The notes beneath the pieces were generated by a model, which made no database searches, had not been told where the DNA came from, and was given only the letters and a program-made list of their open reading frames with translations. From assembly GCA_951406725.2 (NCBI GenBank), contig OX597815.1, positions 170,376,001 through 170,440,000 of the forward strand: DNA of 64,000 nt, in the 5' to 3' direction. Both the position numbers and the translations under genes were made by a program. This stretch comes from Octopus vulgaris. Its lineage: Eukaryota. Positions 13,686 through 27,217 of this stretch are shown piece by piece; positions within the stretch are counted from its first letter, which is position 1; each line of letters begins with the position of its first letter.

Positions 13686-14526
13686 TAATTTAACAGGGAA
13701 CAACAAATTTTCACAATTCCAATGATTGTTAAATAATAAGCAGATCCATCACACTTTCCTTTGATATAAATACTACATTTTAGAAGTTTCACACTGATTC
13801 TTAAAATCATATAAAATGTCTTTGCATTACAGGCAAATTCCCGCAATACAGGCAAATTCCTTTCAGTGAACATATAGAAAAATGTGCAAATAACATCAAA
13901 CCAAATTTCACTGTCTTCCCCTTCTAGCAGTGCAAAGCCACAATCTCTCCATAAGAAAGTTTCCATAAAGAAACTTTTTTCATTGAAAAATATAGAAGAC
14001 GTCTTAATACGCACGCATAACCAACTTTTATCTTTTTACATATTTCAATTCACGATTACATCACTGTACATAAATCCCCTCACTAAACAATTTTTTTTGA
14101 AAGCATTATTCTCCTGCCGTTACCGAAAGCTGAACAGTTATCTCCCTTGCCCACAAGAATAACAATAATAACGATAACCAATTACCTCCCCTTATTTTTC
14201 TACTTGTGAAGTTATTCACTCGTAAATATCATCACACACAACATGGACAAATTCAAATAAGTAAAACATAATATCATGAACAGCGACAGCGAAACCGGTC
14301 AATATATTAAAAATTATATTAAAACTATATAAAGTGTTCGTATTTTCCTTTATATATATAGGTTCATATGTTTGAATTTAAATTCATTGATTTTAATCGG
14401 ATTATTGCCATACATCCACAAACAGTTAGATATACGAGTCTATATGTGTGTCCTTTTAATTGTTTCAATCATCAAACTGCGGCCATGCTGGGGCACCACT
14501 TCAGAACAGTTTTTCCATCATATGTT

Positions 14527-14563
<37 letters not shown>

Positions 14564-14564
14564 G

Positions 14565-14925
14565 ATCAAAACGCCCCACCCCGACCAACGGACGGTGCTG
14601 AGTTGTCAAACCTTTAAACCAAATCTTCTCAAAACGACTTGTCCGACCGTCCCTAGGCCTCCCCTTTGAGAAACACTGATTTAACCTAAATTTGAGACAC
14701 CAGCAAAAGATGGATTTCGACTAATGTACTTGCACGTACAAATGCACGTTCCCACTGCTTTATCGATCGTGTTCTCACTTGGATTCGATTTTTGTAATTT
14801 TTTCAAGACTTATACACGCCATGATACAGTCGGTATCTACATATAAAATTTGAGCGCAATCGGATGGAGGATGCCCGAGATCTTAGAAGACACACGCACA
14901 GACAGAACGGATTTTATATAATAGA
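14565..14925 (-). mobile_element. Helitron-like non-autonomous fragment (5' end)
   Basis: Minus-strand start A|TCTATTATATAAAATCCGTTCTGTCTGTGCGTGTGTC, the same style as the 5' ends at 8069, 35518 and 51941. Confidence 0.55.
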
Positions 14926-15269
14926 TATACTCATAAACACACACACACACACATATGTTAGTTGGGTGTGTGTATGTGTGTGTGGGTCCGTGTTAAAACG
15001 ATAATATGGTAGGTGTATATGGTCTTTAGAATTATGGTAAGTGCTTTCCATGATAATTTGTGATCCACGATATTTGAGTATTTCGTGTTGTTTTCGTTTT
15101 ATTTACTGACCGTTCTAGAAATTGATGAGTAGGTGGTAAAAAGATATGTCAATATCATAATTGGTAAAAAGATATGTCAATATCACTGTATATTTTTGTT
15201 CCACATTTTTGCGCCTTCTTGATTTCTTATCCTTATATTATTGACAAGAATAAAATAAGTAATAAATAG

Positions 15270-15714
15270 TTCACATTTTGGCACAAGCCCAGAAATTGGG
15301 GACTGGTGGGCAAGGAAAGTGTTAAGCCATTACATCAACATCAAGTCATTACATCAATACTATTTTATATATCCCGAAAAAAGGAAAGGAATCTTGCCTG
15401 ATTTGAGCTTAGCTCGTAAAGAACCAGCGGAAGAAATGGTGCTAAGCATTTTGTCCGACGCACTAACGATTTGGTGAGCTTGCTGCTCTCATAACGGAAG
15501 CTATAATAACGATATGAAATTTGGGGAGAGGGGACTTATCGATTACTTCGACCCCAGTGTTTCACTGGTTCTTAATTTGTTGACCGCGAAAGGATTAAAG
15601 ACAAAGTCGACTTGGCCGGAATTTGAACTCAGAACGTAAAGACAGACGAAATGCTGCGAAGCATTTTGTTTGGTGTGCTAACAATTCTGCCAGTTCACCG
15701 CCTTAACGCCGCCT

Positions 15715-15781
<67 letters not shown>

Positions 15782-16520
15782 TGTTTCTAGTGCAGCTACA
15801 AGGCCTGTTGGATATTTTATTTTATAGAACCTAGGAAGCAGAAAGACAAAATTGAACCTAGCTGTATTTGGTCTCCGAATAAACAGCGCTAGGACGTTCT
15901 AACGATTCTATTAATCAGTCAGCCTTAACTATTTCTAAAGCAGACAGTAGACTTGACACTCGAAGGAGCGAATTATTCGGTTATATCAACTCAGTACTAG
16001 ATTTGTACTTAATCTTATCAATATTAAAATGGTGAAAAGCAAAATTAAATTTGGCGGGATTTGAACTCAAAAGAAATACCGTTTGAACGACGTTTTAACG
16101 ATTCCACCCTTAATTGTCCCCAGTCCTAAATCTTGTCGGGTGGAAGTTTGTCCGTTACATTGACCCGAGTACTAGACGGTTACTTAGTTTTATCGACCCC
16201 GAGAGAGTGCAAGATAAAATTAAACTTTACAGGATTTTAATTTAAACCTAAATAACTGAAAAAAAAAAGAACGGAATTAATTTTGTTTTCCACGCTCTTA
16301 TGATTCTGCCAATATCCTGCATTCGTTTCATGACAATAATAATTGTTTCTACAATTGACACAGTTTCAGAAATGTGGTGGAGGGGTTACACTTACTTTAT
16401 TAACTTTGAAAATAAAATTTGCTTCTCTCATAGACTCAAAGGATGAAATTTGAGGCAGGGAGATAATCGATGCCAATGATCCGGATATTAAATTTTATTG
16501 AACCTAAAAAGCTGTCAAGC
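15270..16520 (-). mobile_element. Cluster of about six degenerate family-A SINE copies with a (TAA)n tract
   Basis: Repeated remnants of aaagtcgacttggccggaatttgaactcagaacgtaaa and ttatcgaccccga; the best copy is 15510-15705; (AAT)n at 15718-15781. Confidence 0.75.
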
Positions 16521-16569
16521 ACAGTTGTCAATTAATCAAATTTTTCTCTTCCACTTTTCTAAGTTATAT

Positions 16570-17390
16570 TGACCGTCTTCAAAGCGCTCCATCAGTATTT
16601 GTTTACAAACTACGCTGTAGTCCGTTTAGATCACTAGTAGATGTAGACTTTCTACGCTATTTCTACCAGGTAGCCGGCCTAAGAAAAATCGCAGAGAACT
16701 TTATAGGGTTGCTCCATGTCCTTAACAGAACATTTGAGAAATCTAATCATTTCATGTCAGATAGTTGGAACTGCCTGAAAAGGTATGCAAAGTTTTCAAA
16801 AGCCTCCATCTAATTGGTGTTCAAACACAATTTCAGCGACCCTTTAAAAAGTTACGCCAGACTATCCAAAAAATTCCCCGATGCTTTGGTCGACCTCTAT
16901 CAGTCTTGTTATAGTTGACCACTATTCTAAAATCATCAATTTCACGGTTACTTGTGTCCAGCATCACCGACTGTCTCAGAAAATTTTCATATTACTTGGA
17001 AATTTTCTCCTGAGGTCTAGTGAGCTCTCTTTCAATGTCATCAAAAGTATACTTAGCAATGTCCTATGAATGAAATTCTTGTAGCCCTCCACCGATTTTG
17101 TAACTCTGGGGACATTTTATCTCAACCGCGTTACCCGCTTGTTTCTATTTACGATGGTATTTTAAAGGTGCAGTTCCGATTCAATTGGATTTCGGGGTTG
17201 CGGTTGTATTGTTGTTGTTGTTGTTGCTGTTTTTTTTCGCTTTTATTTCGGTTTGTCGTAGTTGTTGATTTTGTACTTCTCAATTTTTATTATGTCGCTT
17301 TAGAAAAGTATAGCCGCTAGTTTGGCTACTGATTTTGCTAGGGATTCTGGTGTGTGTGCTGCGCGTGTATATGTCTGTGGAGAGGGCTTG
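16570..17390 (-). mobile_element. Possible decayed L1/Tx1-like 5' region (ORF1)
   Basis: More GC-rich tract with an (AAC)n-rich start on the minus strand and a RWRATRISF fragment. Based only on remembered resemblance. Confidence 0.25.
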
Positions 17391-18808
17391 TTATTTTAGC
17401 CATTTTCTATGTATGTGATCAGATTGCCTGATACAGTCATCTTGAAAACGCTTTAGTTGATTTTAAGGATATTTTGCTGCTATTTCGGGTGACTCAAATG
17501 ATACTACAGAAAACTCCAGATTATCAGGAATGACCAAAACAGATAACGAAACAGAATATTATATGAGCCGAGAAAAAATAGGGTGAAAAGAAAATCAATC
17601 TTACTGTTGACCGCTGCAGAGTCTTAGCGAAAATAGAATATATAAATAACATTAGAGCATTCAATGCAATAGCAAGATTTATGGCTTTGCCGTAAAAATA
17701 TAAGGCAGTGAAAGCATGCTAAATGTCTGTAAAACTTACGATATTGACAAAATCTATAAAACAAATTGCACAACGATTTTTCTCAACAGCTATTTGACAT
17801 GAAACAGACTGCTAATAAACATTTAAATTTTGATACACACACACAAATGCACACACACATACACCATTGCACACACGTGTGTGTGTGTGTATATAAAAGA
17901 TCAAAGAATATAGGCATTAGTATCAATTTATTTTGATAACAATGCCAACGGTATTAGTATTAGGTGACACACTCACATACATACACAGACATACACACAA
18001 AGAAACACACGCACGCACACACACACGCATACACATGCACACACACACATGTATACATGCATTTGTGGGAAGCGAAGTGTATCGAAATGGCTTAAGATAT
18101 GTTGGAATTGAAAATAGAAGCATCGGGTGCACTAGAAATGATTTTAAAAAATAATTTAAGCACATAAGATTATTGATCCTATACAATCCTACAATATACG
18201 TTCCTCTTAGCTATTTACAAACTACATCCAATCGAATCGAACCTATATCTCTCTTTCACAAGCAACAACCTAACTATTTCTTTTTCCTAACCCCTCGATG
18301 CATGCATTAAGTAGTTTGCTTCCAAACCATGTAATTTCGAGTTCCAACTCATTTCGCAGTACCTTGGTAATGATCACTCAACACATCCCCATAGGAGCAA
18401 ATGCTTGGGAGTAAAGTTTGCTACATGATGTAGCAAGATGTATAGGAGCTCGTCGGAGAGAGCAATGCTGTTCTTGGTAAACATAACTCGCAGCCCAGTT
18501 TACCGCGTGCAACACACGCTCTTGGTCCCAAGATGTCTTTACTAATGATCACTCTGTTACACAAATTCGAGTCAGGTCTCCCGTCTGGGAATGACTTTCT
18601 CGATCTAATCTCGGAGGGTTTGGATAACGACAAGAATGATGCTTTTCGTCCTCTATGAAAGTATTAAATACAAGCACCTCTACGCCTATACACACATTTT
18701 CTCAGCCAACACCATCTTGAATATATTCAAATTGAACATATTCCATATTGCTGTCAACTATATCGCAATGCTTGTGACACACACACAAACACACACACAT
18801 ATATATAT

Positions 18809-18868
<60 letters not shown>

Positions 18869-18884
18869 CTATATATATCTGTAA

Positions 18885-19072
18885 ATGTAATATGAGGCAA
18901 TTATTCGGTAGCCATGATAAAACTCTGAGTTTCGGATGCCGAGGTGGAAATCCATGCCGCCATCTCTTCAGTTATCTGGCTGTCGGTAAAAATTACATTT
19001 ACAGATAAGTTCCTCTATTTACATAATATCGAGGTCTCTTTCATTCTTTTGTTGTCTTACCATTTTTATTAA
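18885..19072 (-). mobile_element. Penelope-like terminal repeat (pseudo-LTR) remnant
   Basis: Reverse-complement homologue of 54588-54810; embedded in (TA)n; contains a hammerhead motif. Confidence 0.75.
18916..18976 (-). ncRNA. Type I hammerhead ribozyme motif with canonical core
   Basis: Minus strand: GATAA-CTGAAGA-GATG(...)CATC-C-GAAAC-TCAGA-GTT-TTATC. Stem I GATAA/TTATC, stem II GATG/CATC, short stem III, NUH triplet GUU. Confidence 0.7.
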
Positions 19073-19839
19073 TATATATATATGAATGTAATCCCGAATC
19101 TCCATTGTAAATTTATACCAGATAAATTAGCCTTCGGTCTAATTCTGATATACTCAAGAGCTTGCGGTTAATTGATTCTTACAATAATAAATGAGGCCAA
19201 GACATTTACCCATTCTGCCTTAACAGAAATTTAACAGCATAGAAAACGAACCTTAATCTTGCAAGGGGCGTAATTTTTCTTGTACATCGGCCACACTGAT
19301 ATAGAGTGAGACCGTGTATTAATGCACAGATATTGTGAAGAAACACATCAATTAAATTCACTTATATTTTTTGATACATATAGATTGAAATAAGAATGTT
19401 TAGATTATTCTTTTAGTAAACAATTAAATGGTCACGAGGGCGCAGTACAAGTTGGCTGGAATATGTTTTATATGTAAATTGGTCTGTACAGTAGTGTTGC
19501 ACCGGTAAATTTAGTAGGTATGTAAGCAATGCATTGTGAATTGTTGGTGGGTTGGACATGGTGCTGATGAAAGAGCAATAACTCTTAAAATATGCATATA
19601 CACTCATTAGTTATTTTTTTTCTATCTTCAATCTCACTGTTTATATAGATGTCAGTCACCTCTTACTCGAGAGCAAGTTTAGTTTCGTAACATGTAGCAT
19701 GCTTTCGTTAATTGTCTGAAATTCCCGCATTGTCGCAAACAAACATAAATTCACTTTCGACCTTCTCACCAACAACCAAGCGTTACATCCGGACATGAAC
19801 AACTAGAAAAAAAATAACTGCACCAGCACATGAATGCAA

Positions 19840-19950
19840 TGTGAAAAGATATGACTTGCTCAAGGAGAAGACGCATTACTCTGTCCAGGATTTCGACTCA
19901 CGACATTGTTATTATGAGCTGAATATCCTAACCATGCGGCCACGCACCTT
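19840..19950 (-). mobile_element. Degenerate tRNA-like SINE head (third family)
   Basis: Minus strand aaggtgcgtggccgcatggttaggatattcagctcataataacaatgtcgtgagtcgaaatcctggac has A-box/B-box-like spacing. Confidence 0.5.
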
Positions 19951-21407
19951 TACGAATCAGAGTATGTGCTAGTAAAATTACTTCTACGTAATTTGAATTC
20001 AGAACGCAAAACAAACTCTTTAACGAGTCTGGTCAAAAAGTTTGTGGAATATTGACTTTTTTTTAAATAATAGGCTGTTTATACATTCTGTGATCAAAGT
20101 ATATTTTTGCCCTCGTCTCAAACGTTTCTGGTAGCAATTAAAATGATTCAGTTTAAAAACGTTAAAAATATGATTCCGTCATACATAACGTGAAGTAGGT
20201 TATTCTGTTTTATGCATAAAAATATCCTAAACAGTAATGATATTTCATTTTTATTTATTCTGACAACATTTTCAACTATTAAAATGCAAAATTGCTGATT
20301 TCAGTGCAAAATGTAAATAGGTGTACGGTAGGAAGAGAAAATAACATATGGTAGCTTTTAAATGAGGTGTTTATACATAGATGTTTGCATATTTTTCAAA
20401 ACGACATTTTGTTTCTTTTATATTGCAAATTAGAAATATATCCGGAAGCAAGTGTGTAATATATAAATTTGTTAAAAGGTTTTCGCATTGACTGAATTAC
20501 TCATTATCAGAATCGAATCTTGTGTAGTATAAAATTCAGTATCAAAAATTGACCTACTGTCTGCTTATTGGGAAAATAAAGAAAAACTTAAGTTTCTTTT
20601 CTAGTGTCTTCGAGACGGTTTCTTATTGAGACGGAAGTAGGTAGAATAAAGTAGCAATTTAAAACACCAAATGAAACACTTAAAGTGAATTTGAACCCAT
20701 GATAAATGAACAGTAAGTCACAGTTTTACATAACATTCTTTCCACCACACATATGGTGTTTTACATTGCGTATGTTAGTGTGCTACTTCGTGCTTGTCTG
20801 GGAGTTTGATTGGAATTATAACGGAGTTAATGACTTCGTGATTTCACAAATGCTTTTACGTTTGCCTAGAATGCTTTTCCAGTGAAGATCAATATCCTGA
20901 AGTAAACTTTTACCTTATTTGAATTGTGGCAGTTTATTCCAATTTCTTTCTGTACATATTTTTCTATAAATGAATAAGTAGTATTCTTCACTACAATCCA
21001 CACGCACGTTGTAGTAGTGAAAGAAAATGTCAATAAGAAAACAAGATTAATATTCATAATTACGAATTAGCTGGAACTTTACACTGATTGTGATTGTGTA
21101 CATATGAAGCGAATAGTAATGAAATAATAATGAGCACTTAATGGTTATCAAACGCACAACATTTCACTTTTACTGTCTCTATCAGCTTTATTTTCTGTGT
21201 CCCAACAAGAGCTCTCATTTCATAAATTCATACATATGGATTAATGAAAACTGCATGTTCTAATCCGAGCAGACATTTCGTTGAGTATTTCCGCTGTACA
21301 CTTTATCATTATATCACCTCAGTTCATGAAGCAATCTATCTCTCATATTTCTGTGTTTTTGTATTTTTGTCTACGTTATTCAACGTCGCATTACAATATT
21401 AAAACGG

Positions 21408-21809
21408 ACAGTAGACAGCGAGCTGGCAGAAACGATAGCACGCCGGGCAAAATGCTTAGCGGTATTTCGCCTGTCGTTACGTTCTGAGTTCAAATTCCGC
21501 CGAGGTCGACTTTGCCTTTCATCCTTTCGGGGTCAATAAATTTAGTACCAGTTACGCACAGGGGTCGATGTAATCGACTTTATCCGTTTGTCTGTCCTTG
21601 TTTATCCTCTCTGTGTTTAGCCTCTTGTGGGCAGTAAAGAAATAGGTATTTCGTCTGTCTTTACGTTCAGAATTCAAATTCCGTCGAGGTCGACTTTGTC
21701 TTTCATCCTTTCGGGATCGATAAATTAAATACCACTTGCATACTGGGCTCGATCTAATTGACTGGATCCCTCTCCAAAAATTTTGGGCCTTATGCTTAGA
21801 GTAGAAAAG
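21408..21809 (+). mobile_element. Dimeric family-A tRNA-derived SINE with 13-bp TSD
   Basis: A full unit (gagctggcagaaacgatagc ... gttcaaattccgccgaggtcgactttgcctttcatcctttcggggtc ... aaagaaata) plus a head-truncated second unit with a different tail. Flanked by AATATTAAAACGG at 21395-21407 and 21810-21822. Confidence 0.93.
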
Positions 21810-22564
21810 AATATTAAAACGGCCGATGTAGTCATTCTTGTTTAGTCCATGTAAGCCGTAGTCGTGTAGACATGATCAAATGGCTTCTAGCCTTGACCAG
21901 CCTTTCTATTATTCTAACAGAGTGCATATAGAACAACAATATACAAAGCATTTCTTACAAAATACCATATGGTATGTTTCGAGGGAGATCATGTAAAACT
22001 CTCATCGTTGGCTCCAGTTCATTTTGATGTTGTGTTTGATATAAGGTCTTGCTAACCTAGATCATTATCCGCAATACAAAATCACATTAGTGGAAATATT
22101 GAGTCCCGTTTTATCTCACCGCATGAAATCAGAATTAATCATTTGCCTTTCCCCAAAATGTACGCAAAAATATACTGGCGAAAGAGACCAATAAACTAAC
22201 AGACACAAGAAAGTAAGTTTGAGGGTCAATTCATTCAACTAAAGATTCTTCAAGGGTCAAAGAGACATGCAACCTCAACTATATGGCATATGTGGTGCAC
22301 CTTGTACACTAGCACTATGTCTGGTCTGCTCTCTTATGATTTAGCACCTGTTTCTTTTGGATTTGGAAATTCCAGAGGATTTTGCTAGTCCACGACTCCG
22401 CCACTCTCTGCAGTTAGTGTTTATACAACCTCCTGTCTCGCTCTAACCGCCAGTTTTAGCACAGATTTCAGTGTAGCACTTTCACTACTTGATCGTATCG
22501 CACTGGGGTTCCCGATCCCAAACTTTCAGGCCATGTGCCTATAGCAGAAAAGATTATTATTATT

Positions 22565-22793
22565 CTCTTTTACTCGTTTACTTGTTTCAGTCATTTGACT
22601 GCGGCCATGCTGGAGCACCACCTTTAGTCGAAAACAATCGACCCCAGGACTTATTCTTTTGAAGCCTAGTACTTATTCTATCAGTCTCTTTTGCCGAACC
22701 GCTAAGTAACAGGGACGTAAACATACCAGCATCGGTTGTCAAGCGATGTTGGGGGGACAAAGACAGACGCACACACACACGCACATACACACA

Positions 22794-22833
<40 letters not shown>

Positions 22834-23008
22834 CACGCACACACATATATATATACGACGGGCTTCTTTCAGTTTCCGTCTACCAAATCCACTCACAAGG
22901 CTTTGGTTGGCCCCGAGGCTATAGTAGTAGACACTTGCCCAAGGTGACTGAACCCGAAACCATGTGGCTGGTAAGCAAGCTACTTACCACACAGCCACTC
23001 CTGCGCCT
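22565..23008 (-). mobile_element. Family-B tRNA-derived SINE (CORE-like domain, internal (TG)n)
   Basis: Minus head aggcgcaggagtggctgtgtggtaagtagcttgcttacc...gggttcagtc, then ccttgggcaagtgtct, with tail gactgaaacaagtaaacgagtaaaagag. Homologous to 40801-41215 and 55985-56446. Confidence 0.93.
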
Positions 23009-23009
23009 A

Positions 23010-23032
23010 TTCTTCTTCTTCTTCTTCTTCTT

Positions 23033-23127
<95 letters not shown>

Positions 23128-23530
23128 AATGGAGAGCTGGCAGAATCGCTAACACACCGAATAAAAGGCATAGTACATTTCGTCTGTCTTCTCATTTTGA
23201 GATCAAATTCCACCTTTCATTCATTCGGAGGTCGATAAATCTGAGGAACGATCGTGTATTGGGGTTGACGTAATCGACTACTCCTCCCCCAAATTTCAAA
23301 CCTTGTAATTATTATTGTTGTTATTACTAATTTTTGACACAAGTCAATTTTGAGGCGAAGGAGGGAGTCGATTATATCGATCCAGTAAATGACTGGTATT
23401 TAATTTCATTGATCCCGTAAGGATGGAAAGCAAAGATGACCTCTGCAGGATTTGAACTGAGAACGTATAGAGTGGAATATAAATGTCGCAATGCATTTTC
23501 TGCAATGCTTTAACATTTCTGTCGGTGATG
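23010..23530. repeat. (CTT)n(ATT)n tract followed by two degenerate family-A SINEs (23130-23310 +, 23330-23530 -)
   Basis: Directly visible repeats and SINE core remnants. Confidence 0.8.
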
Positions 23531-23589
23531 ATTTAACTAATAAACGTGGAATGGGTTTCTCATTCACACACATACACACACACGAATCA

Positions 23590-23678
<89 letters not shown>

Positions 23679-24424
23679 AATCAATATAAATTAACTTCAC
23701 TCAATAACAAATTTATTCCCCGAATATTATTATTTTTTCTCAGTAATTCAATGCAAACAACATAAATTCATTTAGAATTATCACTTTTATTCTGAATGTA
23801 TAAGAGAAATTACCGAAAATATCTGAAACAGAGCTACTTGAAACAGCGCTAAATGAATAATATATATTAATATTCATTCATCTATTTATATTGAATTTTA
23901 ACAAAGTGTTTTGTTAGGTATTTATATATATCACTTCGTAAAAAAATGTGCACATAAAATCGGGCAACATCTTGTTATAAACTGCTCTAAATTCGTCTAC
24001 AGCAGTTTTAACGTTATGCATATTAGAAGACAAAGGCATAGCTTTTTTTGGTATTCATAAATATGTATGAAAATATCTACATGCAACACATACATAGATG
24101 AAACAATATTACATAAATGTAAGAAGCATACACACACACACACAGATATATGCATACATATATATGTGTATATGTATGCATGTATATATGTATATATATA
24201 ATATATATATATATAATAGAGATGTAGAAAGCCAAATGAGAGATTTAATGATAGAACATTAAATATGTAAAATACAAGTACATGTATGTAATAAACATAA
24301 TAGATACAAGATATGTGTGTATGTGTGTATGGAGGATGCATGTGTTTATGTGTGTAAAATGTTATATATTTACAATGATAATCATGTTGGGTATATCTAT
24401 GTATATACATGCATGTATATATAA

Positions 24425-24464
24425 ACTAGCAGAAAGACCGACCACCGGGCGGTTTTCAGCTAGT
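24425..24464 (-). other. Helitron-3'-end-like closed hairpin ACTAG...CTAGT
   Basis: ACTAGCAGAAAGACCGACCACCGGGCGGTTTTCAGCTAGT is an imperfect palindrome, with the same design as 6856-6896. Confidence 0.55.
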
Positions 24465-25014
24465 CACTTGAAAATATTTTCACATTTGATTCACAATTCG
24501 AATAATTTTTCTGATATTTTTACGTCTAACTATTTCCTTGTATAATGGTGCTCACTTGCTTGGTAAATATTGCTTTCATCATTTTATCACATTCATTAAA
24601 CAAACTTCAATGTAGGGCCGCAGTGTAGGCGTTTCTATTTGTCATGATTCCTTGGCTACCTTTCTCCGCGATGGATTTGAGTTGTTGGTCATATCTCTAG
24701 CGAAAACATCTCTTGACAACACCTCGGTATTTTGTCTCAGGATGTATTCCATGGTTTCTCTCTCAAAAACCCGAGGACATGCAGGTGTTTTGATTATCCC
24801 TAAGTTAAATTATGTTGCATGAGAAGGTACATAATTCTGTTCTGTAAAACAATTCTCTTTACACGTAACCAAATCAGTGTGTATGATTTAGAGTCAGCTA
24901 AAACTTAAAGAGGCACCAGGGAAAATGTAATTCCCAGTATCCAGTGCCAGATCATATTCTGTGTGTTTAGATTTTTCCGGTGTGCTTGTCTATAGCTGAA
25001 TTGCAGCAATATGT

Positions 25015-25305
25015 AATGTGTGAGTCTGTGCTTGTATATACAGTTTGTGAGGTGTATGGATGCACACATGCGTAAAACGATTCTAAAATTCGTGTTCACG
25101 GCATAGTCAATAATGAGCAAGGCGAAACTGAAAGCCTTATCAAAATGAGTGCGCCAATTGTTATGTTTGAGTGTGTGTGCTTGTGTGTATAGTTTGTGAG
25201 GTGTATGTGTGTGTGGATACCTAAATATATTCTAACATTCGTGTCCACTGCATATTCTGTAATGAACAAGGTTAAACTGGATGTCCTTGTCAACATGAAC
25301 GTATA
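25015..25305. repeat. Diverged tandem duplication, period ~148 bp
   Basis: gtttgtgaggtgtatg at ~25044 and ~25192, each followed by attctaa(a/c)attcgtgt and taatga(g/a)caagg. Confidence 0.8.
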
Positions 25306-25627
25306 ATAAATTTGACACTAGTTACTGAACCACCCATCAGTAAATGTCCGTTGTTTTTTCTCAATTTAGTTTTCAAATTATTAAGATAACTGTTTCAAAA
25401 CTTGGCACAAGGCTAACAATTTTAGATCGATTTCCTCAATCACACTGCTCAAGAGATACATATTTTATCAATCCTGAAATGATAAGCGGCAAAATACCTG
25501 GCGGGATTTCAACCTAGAATGCAAATCCGCAAGATATATCGCCAAGTACTTTCCCAGCTGTGATAACGAGTCTGTCAGCTCACCTCCTTAACATAATTAA
25601 AGCAATGACCGCAAAATAAGGTTAACA

Positions 25628-25704
<77 letters not shown>

Positions 25705-26346
25705 CTATCTCTCTATGTATATATATATATATGGTCAAATTTTAAATTTGGGTTGTTTTTGGAGCAAAATTCCAAAGTAAAAAAAGCTGACGCACACGCA
25801 TACATACATAAAGAAGACACATAGGGCAATTAAGCTTAAAGGAGAAAATACTAACACACACTCACACATACAAATGCACGCTGCAATCTTAGTCTATAAT
25901 GAACACTGAGTCTATTAGGATGTAAAGAAATATGTCGATTCTATCCTTGAAGAGATCTCAACCTTTTGAATTCATAATGCTATTGTTAATTGTAAAATAA
26001 ATGAAGATGGATATTGAAACGTTCGTAGGCCTCATGTAATCGTCAGTTATGGAAATAAATTGATTCTGCTGCATTCGAACTCTCCAGTTTCTTTACAGTA
26101 TAATACAGATTTATGTTCGCATATATCGATTAGGATGTAAACATGTATACAGACACTCCCTAACGTGTACAATACTAGTGTCTATTAACCACTAACACGG
26201 TGAAACAAATTCCAGTAAATTCAAAGGTATATGGAGAAATCAGAGGATGCTAAAAAGTAAGACATCTCTGGAAAGAGCAATCTTTCTTTACAATGCCTCA
26301 TTACATTCATATATCTATCGTTATACATACATATATACATATACCG

Positions 26347-26378
<32 letters not shown>

Positions 26379-26389
26379 ACACCCATTAA

Positions 26390-26700
26390 GGAACAGATGC
26401 AGGCAGACTCTTTCGTGAGGAAACATCTATGGTTATGCCAGACCCGGGAATTCACAGGGCATATCAAGGAAACACAGCAGAACAGGAGCAAACTTACAAT
26501 CTCTGATACACCATAAACCAAAAGGAACCGAAGATCAACAACAGAAGAGAGTCATAAGAAGCTAGCTGTTTGCTATAGCAGCATCTTTCCGCGCTTGTCC
26601 ACTCTCCATACGCTCACACACACGCACATCGACAACATTCGTATATTTTCTTGAAAATGGGGTCATGACTCCGAAATATTGAATACAAGCTAAGTCTACA
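26390..26700 (+). mobile_element. Penelope-like element 3' end (GIY-YIG C-terminus plus variant hammerhead-like motif)
   Basis: PIKEQMQADSFVRKHLWLCQ...RSKLTISD resembles the PLE endonuclease end (R+KEH..S.+..HL..C...KL.I.EA). It is followed by TTGAAAA-T-GGGGT-CATG-ACTCC-GAAA-TATTGAATA at ~26651-26685. Confidence 0.6.
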
Positions 26701-26960
26701 TTAATTCATATATTTCTTTTCTTGTGATTTACCTTGCATTTACTTCGCATTGTATTGACCATACCAACGATTCTTTATAAAATATATATGTGTGTGAGTG
26801 TGTGTGTGTGCGCGTGTATCGATATGCAGATAGATACATATTACAGCTCTTATTTTTAGTTACCTCTATTGGAGGCATTTTTGAAAAGATAAGAACACCT
26901 ACGCATATTGGAAATATATTTGTATAACGAATCCATAATCCATGTACACGAGACATTTAT

Positions 26961-26996
<36 letters not shown>

Positions 26997-27169
26997 TTAT
27001 ATGTATATTTATATGTAAATATATATATATATATTTATATATATATTTATATATGTATGTGTATTTGTATGTATCAATGTTTCGTATTCTTGAGAACATT
27101 GACTGCATCAATCAGAGATTAATGATTAAAGATTAAGATCAATAATTCAGGAAATATCAGAACAAAGAT

Positions 27170-27217
<48 letters not shown>

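Noticed and set aside
18421-18660. GC-richer island with ~70-codon open frames on both strands
   Set aside because: No recognisable domain and no convincing pair of splice sites.
20912-20947. Possible 36-nt minus-strand exon (KEIGINCHNSNK)
   Set aside because: The acceptor lacks a pyrimidine tract and the donor is weak; likely chance.
22919-23155. Poly-N/K/L/I ORFs; also 39534-39843, 41872-42432 and 62241-62622
   Set aside because: Trinucleotide microsatellite artefacts.
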